The translations under genes were made by a program, and so were the position numbers. The notes under the pieces were generated by a model that was not told the DNA's origin, searched no databases, and saw only the letters and a program-made list of their open reading frames with translations. Positions 61,018 through 64,000 of a DNA stretch of 64,000 nucleotides are shown in pieces. Numbering within the stretch: position 1 is the first letter of the stretch; every line of letters starts with the position of its first letter. Origin of the DNA: Gemmatimonadota bacterium (GTDB lineage Bacteria > Gemmatimonadota > Gemmatimonadetes > Gemmatimonadales > GWC2-71-9); NCBI GenBank assembly GCA_036679605.1, contig JAZDCZ010000409.1:54560-118559 (forward strand), given 5' to 3'.

Positions 61018-61046
61018 TGTCAGAAAACGCGGCCCTCGATCGTTTC
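61018..61046 (+). repeat. Imperfect direct repeat, copy 1
   Basis: TGTCAGAAAACGCGGCCCTCGATCGTTTC; 24/29 identical to 63858-63886. Confidence 0.75.
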
Positions 61047-61173
61047 ACTAACAGAAGCCTGACCCGGCTCGCAAGGGACACCGGGTAAGGGGGTTTCCGA
61101 TACCTTATGCGGGAACGATTCTGCGGTTGTGCGGGTAAAGCTGCGGAGACGACCAGCTGCAAAGGAGGAACCC

Positions 61174-62526
61174 ATGGATCCTCGGCATTACGAGCTTAAC
61201 GGACGGCCCTCACCGCTCGTGCTGCTCTCAGTCTTGTCTCTTGTTGCCACCTCAGTCCTCGCTGCACAAACCGTCAAAGGGGTTGTCCTGGATGACCAAA
61301 CCAGGGGACCCGTCACGAATGCGGCCATCACACTGATCGACGGTTCTGGTTTTCTGGTCAGCTCGACGATCACTGATTCGACCGGTTCCTTCGTTTTCTC
61401 GGCCGGCGTCGGTACCTACTCCCTCAGAGTCGACGCACTTGGCTATGCTACGACGGAATCCGTCTCGTTCGGTGTTGAGAGCGGTCAGCGAGTCGAACTC
61501 GAGTTGCTGGTATCTCAGGAAGCGGTTCGTCTAGGAAAGGTAACCGTCTCCGCTGATGCTGAACCGTTCGCGCCGGGGCCGCTTCGGGGTTTTCACGACC
61601 GTAGACGTCGGGGCGTTGGACGGTTCCTAACAAGGGAGCAGATCGAGCAGCAGGTGGTAGATCGGTTTACCAGCTTGCTTCAACTCATGCCAGGTGTGCA
61701 GGTCGTCCGTATGGCGCCGGACGGAGGAGCGCTTGGGCGGATTCGACACTATACGGTTCGAGTTGGCGCGCGTACCTGCCCTCCGCTGTTGTACCTAGAC
61801 GGTGTCAAACTGGGGTCTATTGATGATGCGTCCGCGTTGGGTCCTGATCGACTCTTGTTTCCCTCGGAGTTGGAGGCGATTGAGGTCTACCGGCCGTCAG
61901 AGATTCCTGCAGAATTCAGTGCCGGTGAGTCTGGTTGCGGTCTTGTCGTCGTATGGACACAGCGCGCACCCGATGGTGTCGTGGCCGCCGGGATACCGAG
62001 CGTATGGAGTGGCGGGACTGGGGCTGAACTCGCGGGCTTTGACAGATCCGTATTCGAACTTTCGTGGCGGCCCGCGACCGGTAGCGGTCATGGGATCCTG
62101 CCCCGTATACGCGCGGGTACCTATACCCCGTCAGAATTCCTCGGTCGAGCCCGGTCGCAGAGCGACGGATTCGATCAGGGCACGAGACCCTTCTACGCTT
62201 CGGTCTACGTAGGAGTGATGAGACCTGTACCAGGAGTCGCATCGATGGGCCCGTTCTATTCACGTTTGGCTGGTGGGTTCACTTTCTACGGCGGTGAGGC
62301 GTCACTGCGCACCCAAAGTGGTGATTCGGTGGTGGTGCTCGAACCCTCGGTCGCGCCGCGTCTCGGCTGGGGCGGAGAGGTCGCAGTTGGGCTACGTATT
62401 CCGGCCGGGACGCTTCGCCCCTGGGTAGAGGTGGGTTTGGGAACAGAATATGTGGCCCGCGCCGGAATGCGTTTTGTCCGGCCCAGTGTGCTGGTAGGGT
62501 TGGAGGTCGGACGCATTCCCAAGTGA
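61174..62526 (+). CDS. Secreted protein: carboxypeptidase-regulatory-like domain, TonB-receptor plug-like domain, short beta-rich C-terminus
   Basis: SD AAGGAGG; GVVLD..T..PV..A, GRFLTREQI, PGV, CPPLLYLDG, IEVY, CGLVVVWT. Confidence 0.8.
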   Translation: MDPRHYELNGRPSPLVLLSVLSLVATSVLAAQTVKGVVLDDQTRGPVTNAAITLIDGSGFLVSSTITDSTGSFVFSAGVGTYSLRVDALGYATTESVSFGVESGQRVELELLVSQEAVRLGKVTVSADAEPFAPGPLRGFHDRRRRGVGRFLTREQIEQQVVDRFTSLLQLMPGVQVVRMAPDGGALGRIRHYTVRVGARTCPPLLYLDGVKLGSIDDASALGPDRLLFPSELEAIEVYRPSEIPAEFSAGESGCGLVVVWTQRAPDGVVAAGIPSVWSGGTGAELAGFDRSVFELSWRPATGSGHGILPRIRAGTYTPSEFLGRARSQSDGFDQGTRPFYASVYVGVMRPVPGVASMGPFYSRLAGGFTFYGGEASLRTQSGDSVVVLEPSVAPRLGWGGEVAVGLRIPAGTLRPWVEVGLGTEYVARAGMRFVRPSVLVGLEVGRIPK

Positions 62527-62840
62527 CTCGCGATGGCAGCGTGGGCGATGACCACGGTCTGGACAGTCTTGCCTCTGACAAGATCCTCGACGTTGCCACA
62601 TTTCGCACCACGTCGCTTACCGGGCTAGTTACAGAATGTCCGCGCATGGTCAACGTGAAATTTGACCAGGTGGAAGGATATTTTCTCCGGGGTGCCAATG
62701 ATATGGTATCGACGCACCGCCGCGTGGTGGGCTTCAGGGCGAACGGACAAGCCATACTCCAGCGTACCCGCACCAGCGCCGCCGATTTCATGGTGGGCCC
62801 GTTCAGCCCCGGTATCCCTCCGGCGGCTTTGCGGCGCTAA
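62523..62840 (+). CDS. Hypothetical protein or gene remnant
   Basis: GTGA overlap with the upstream stop; no recognised motif. Confidence 0.35.
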   Translation: MTRDGSVGDDHGLDSLASDKILDVATFRTTSLTGLVTECPRMVNVKFDQVEGYFLRGANDMVSTHRRVVGFRANGQAILQRTRTSAADFMVGPFSPGIPPAALRR

Positions 62841-62893
62841 GCTCCTCGGCCGTAGCTGATTGCATCGTCAGACGTCTAATCCGCTGCTCGATG

Positions 62894-62924
62894 ACGTTCG
62901 GACCCCCCTAATGCACGTTCGGAC
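62894..62924 (+). promoter_or_regulatory. Tandem 10-bp direct repeat with 21-bp period, putative activator site
   Basis: ACGTTCGGAC at 62894 and 62915; CATAAT at 62947. Confidence 0.55.
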
Positions 62925-63068
62925 TCTAGCGCCACAGTAGTCGAGTCATAATGATTGTGATGACCGGCGCCTTCGGTTTCTCACCCCGGCACTATTAAGC
63001 GCGCCGGCCTCGGTGGCGGCAACGAATGACGCACACGGCGCATGGATTTGGAAGAACGAGGTCTGACC

Positions 63069-63725
63069 ATGAAACTTTCCGGGATTCTAACGGTAACCAC
63101 CAATGTCGTCGTAGTCGGCACGGTTGTATTCTTGCTCGTACGTCCAGGCGGGACCGTGTTCGAGGCTGTCAAGGAGTACCATGCAAAGTCTCAGATTCGC
63201 AAGCGGATCTCCCGAGAATGGAACGACTTCATACAAGTTGGCGGGCGTGTCGACGAAGGCAAGGGCCCTGTGGCGATAGTGGAGTTTGCGGATTACCAAT
63301 GCCCGTTCTGCAAGCAGGAAGACGGTAAACTTGCGAGGTTCTTGGCGGGCCACCCTAATGTCGGGCTCCTATACCGCCATTTCCCGCTCTCGGTCCATCC
63401 CGCGGCCGAAGGGGCGGCTCGGGCAGCGATCTGTGCGGAACAGCAAGGACGCTTTCGCCAGATGCACGACAGGCTGTTCGAAACATCAGAATGGCAGACC
63501 GATACGAATTGGACACGCGAGGCAATCGCCGCGGGTGTTGTCGATACATTGCAGTTCAAGGCATGCTTGCATAGTGAGCCTACTTCGGAACGATTGGACC
63601 GCGACAAGTGGCTCGGGGAGCACCTTGCGGTCAGTGGGACGCCGACCTTTGTCTATCCCAAAGGTGTTCGGGCCGGTATGATTTCTCCCGAAGAATTACT
63701 CGAAATCACCCAATTGCCGCATTAA
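63069..63725 (+). CDS. DsbA-family (Thioredoxin_4/BdbD-like) oxidoreductase, membrane-anchored
   Basis: VEFADYQCPFC, RHFPL, AARAAICA..QG.F, GTPTF. Confidence 0.92.
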   Translation: MKLSGILTVTTNVVVVGTVVFLLVRPGGTVFEAVKEYHAKSQIRKRISREWNDFIQVGGRVDEGKGPVAIVEFADYQCPFCKQEDGKLARFLAGHPNVGLLYRHFPLSVHPAAEGAARAAICAEQQGRFRQMHDRLFETSEWQTDTNWTREAIAAGVVDTLQFKACLHSEPTSERLDRDKWLGEHLAVSGTPTFVYPKGVRAGMISPEELLEITQLPH

Positions 63726-63857
63726 GGGATTCTTATGCTGTTCGCCACGGCTTCGAATTCATCTGAGAAGCCAGATCCGACACTACCTGCCTTCCCCATC
63801 CGCCGTTTCGACGCTCGCTAGATCGCGGTAGTCACCTGCCCCGAAGTCCATGGGAAG

Positions 63858-63886
63858 TGTCAGAAAATACGGCTTTCAATCGTTTC
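63858..63886 (+). repeat. Imperfect direct repeat, copy 2, abutting the IS30 end
   Basis: TGTCAGAAAATACGGCTTTCAATCGTTTC. Confidence 0.75.
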
Positions 63887-64000
63887 CTTGATATCAAGTT
63901 TGAAGTGCAACAATGAGGATTACGGTTCATAGCATTCCTCCGGGGTACGGTAGCCGAGGCGTTTGCGTGGCCGGCGGTTGAGTTGTTGGGCAATGCGATT
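63887..64000 (-). mobile_element. IS30-family element, 3' end (transposase C-terminus and terminal inverted repeat)
   Basis: Minus strand 64000-63920 reads NRIAQQLNRRPRKRLGYRTPEECYEP*, matching the IS30 LNxRPRKxLGxxTP motif; followed by TGTTGCACTTCAAACTTGATATCAAG, an IS30-like end. Confidence 0.88.

Noticed and set aside
61062..61108. Hairpins upstream of the plug-like gene as a riboswitch
   Set aside because: Short stems with no recognisable aptamer consensus.
59450..63900. Integron cassette array (TA genes plus repeats)
   Set aside because: No paired RYYYAAC/GTTRRRY attC boxes found after the genes, orientations are mixed and no intI is in the window.
1..64000. CRISPR array, rRNA, prophage or restriction/defence operon
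   Set aside because: No regularly spaced repeats, rRNA-like sequence or recognisable phage/cas/RM genes seen.

Overview
A 64 kb bacterial chromosomal segment of roughly 60% GC (by eye). Gene content and order resemble Gemmatimonadota; this is an inference, not a measurement. About 1-53 kb is core housekeeping: DUF4175/DUF4159, rsmI, trxA, mce, pdxJ, ispE, tRNA-Gln, prs-rplY-pth-hppA, rpsF-rpsR-rplI, a DAK2-DegV fusion, rsfS, smc, aroF, lolA, an S41 protease, tmk, prmC-prfA-rpmE, lnt, hemL, rimO, a sigma70 factor, an NtrC-type regulator and thpR. About 53-64 kb is accessory: an ArsM-like methyltransferase, DUF3179, DoxX, divergent ku/ligD, two back-to-back toxin-antitoxin pairs, a repeat-flanked three-gene module and the end of an IS30 element. 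The most notable locus is 35.3-42.0 kb. A Crp regulator has a CRP-type box over its own stop codon. It is followed by a tightly packed operon: MBL phosphodiesterase-like gene, CsgG-like/TPR protein, MlaE, an MlaF-like ABC subunit with every catalytic motif degenerate, MlaD and a GAF/HD-GYP phosphodiesterase. This is a candidate MCE complex repurposed for cyclic-nucleotide signalling. Other oddities: prfA has an apparent deletion plus frameshift (possibly an assembly artefact), up to three genes seem to need non-canonical start codons, one Hpt-like protein lacks the phospho-His, and ku/ligD share a 27-bp bidirectional promoter.
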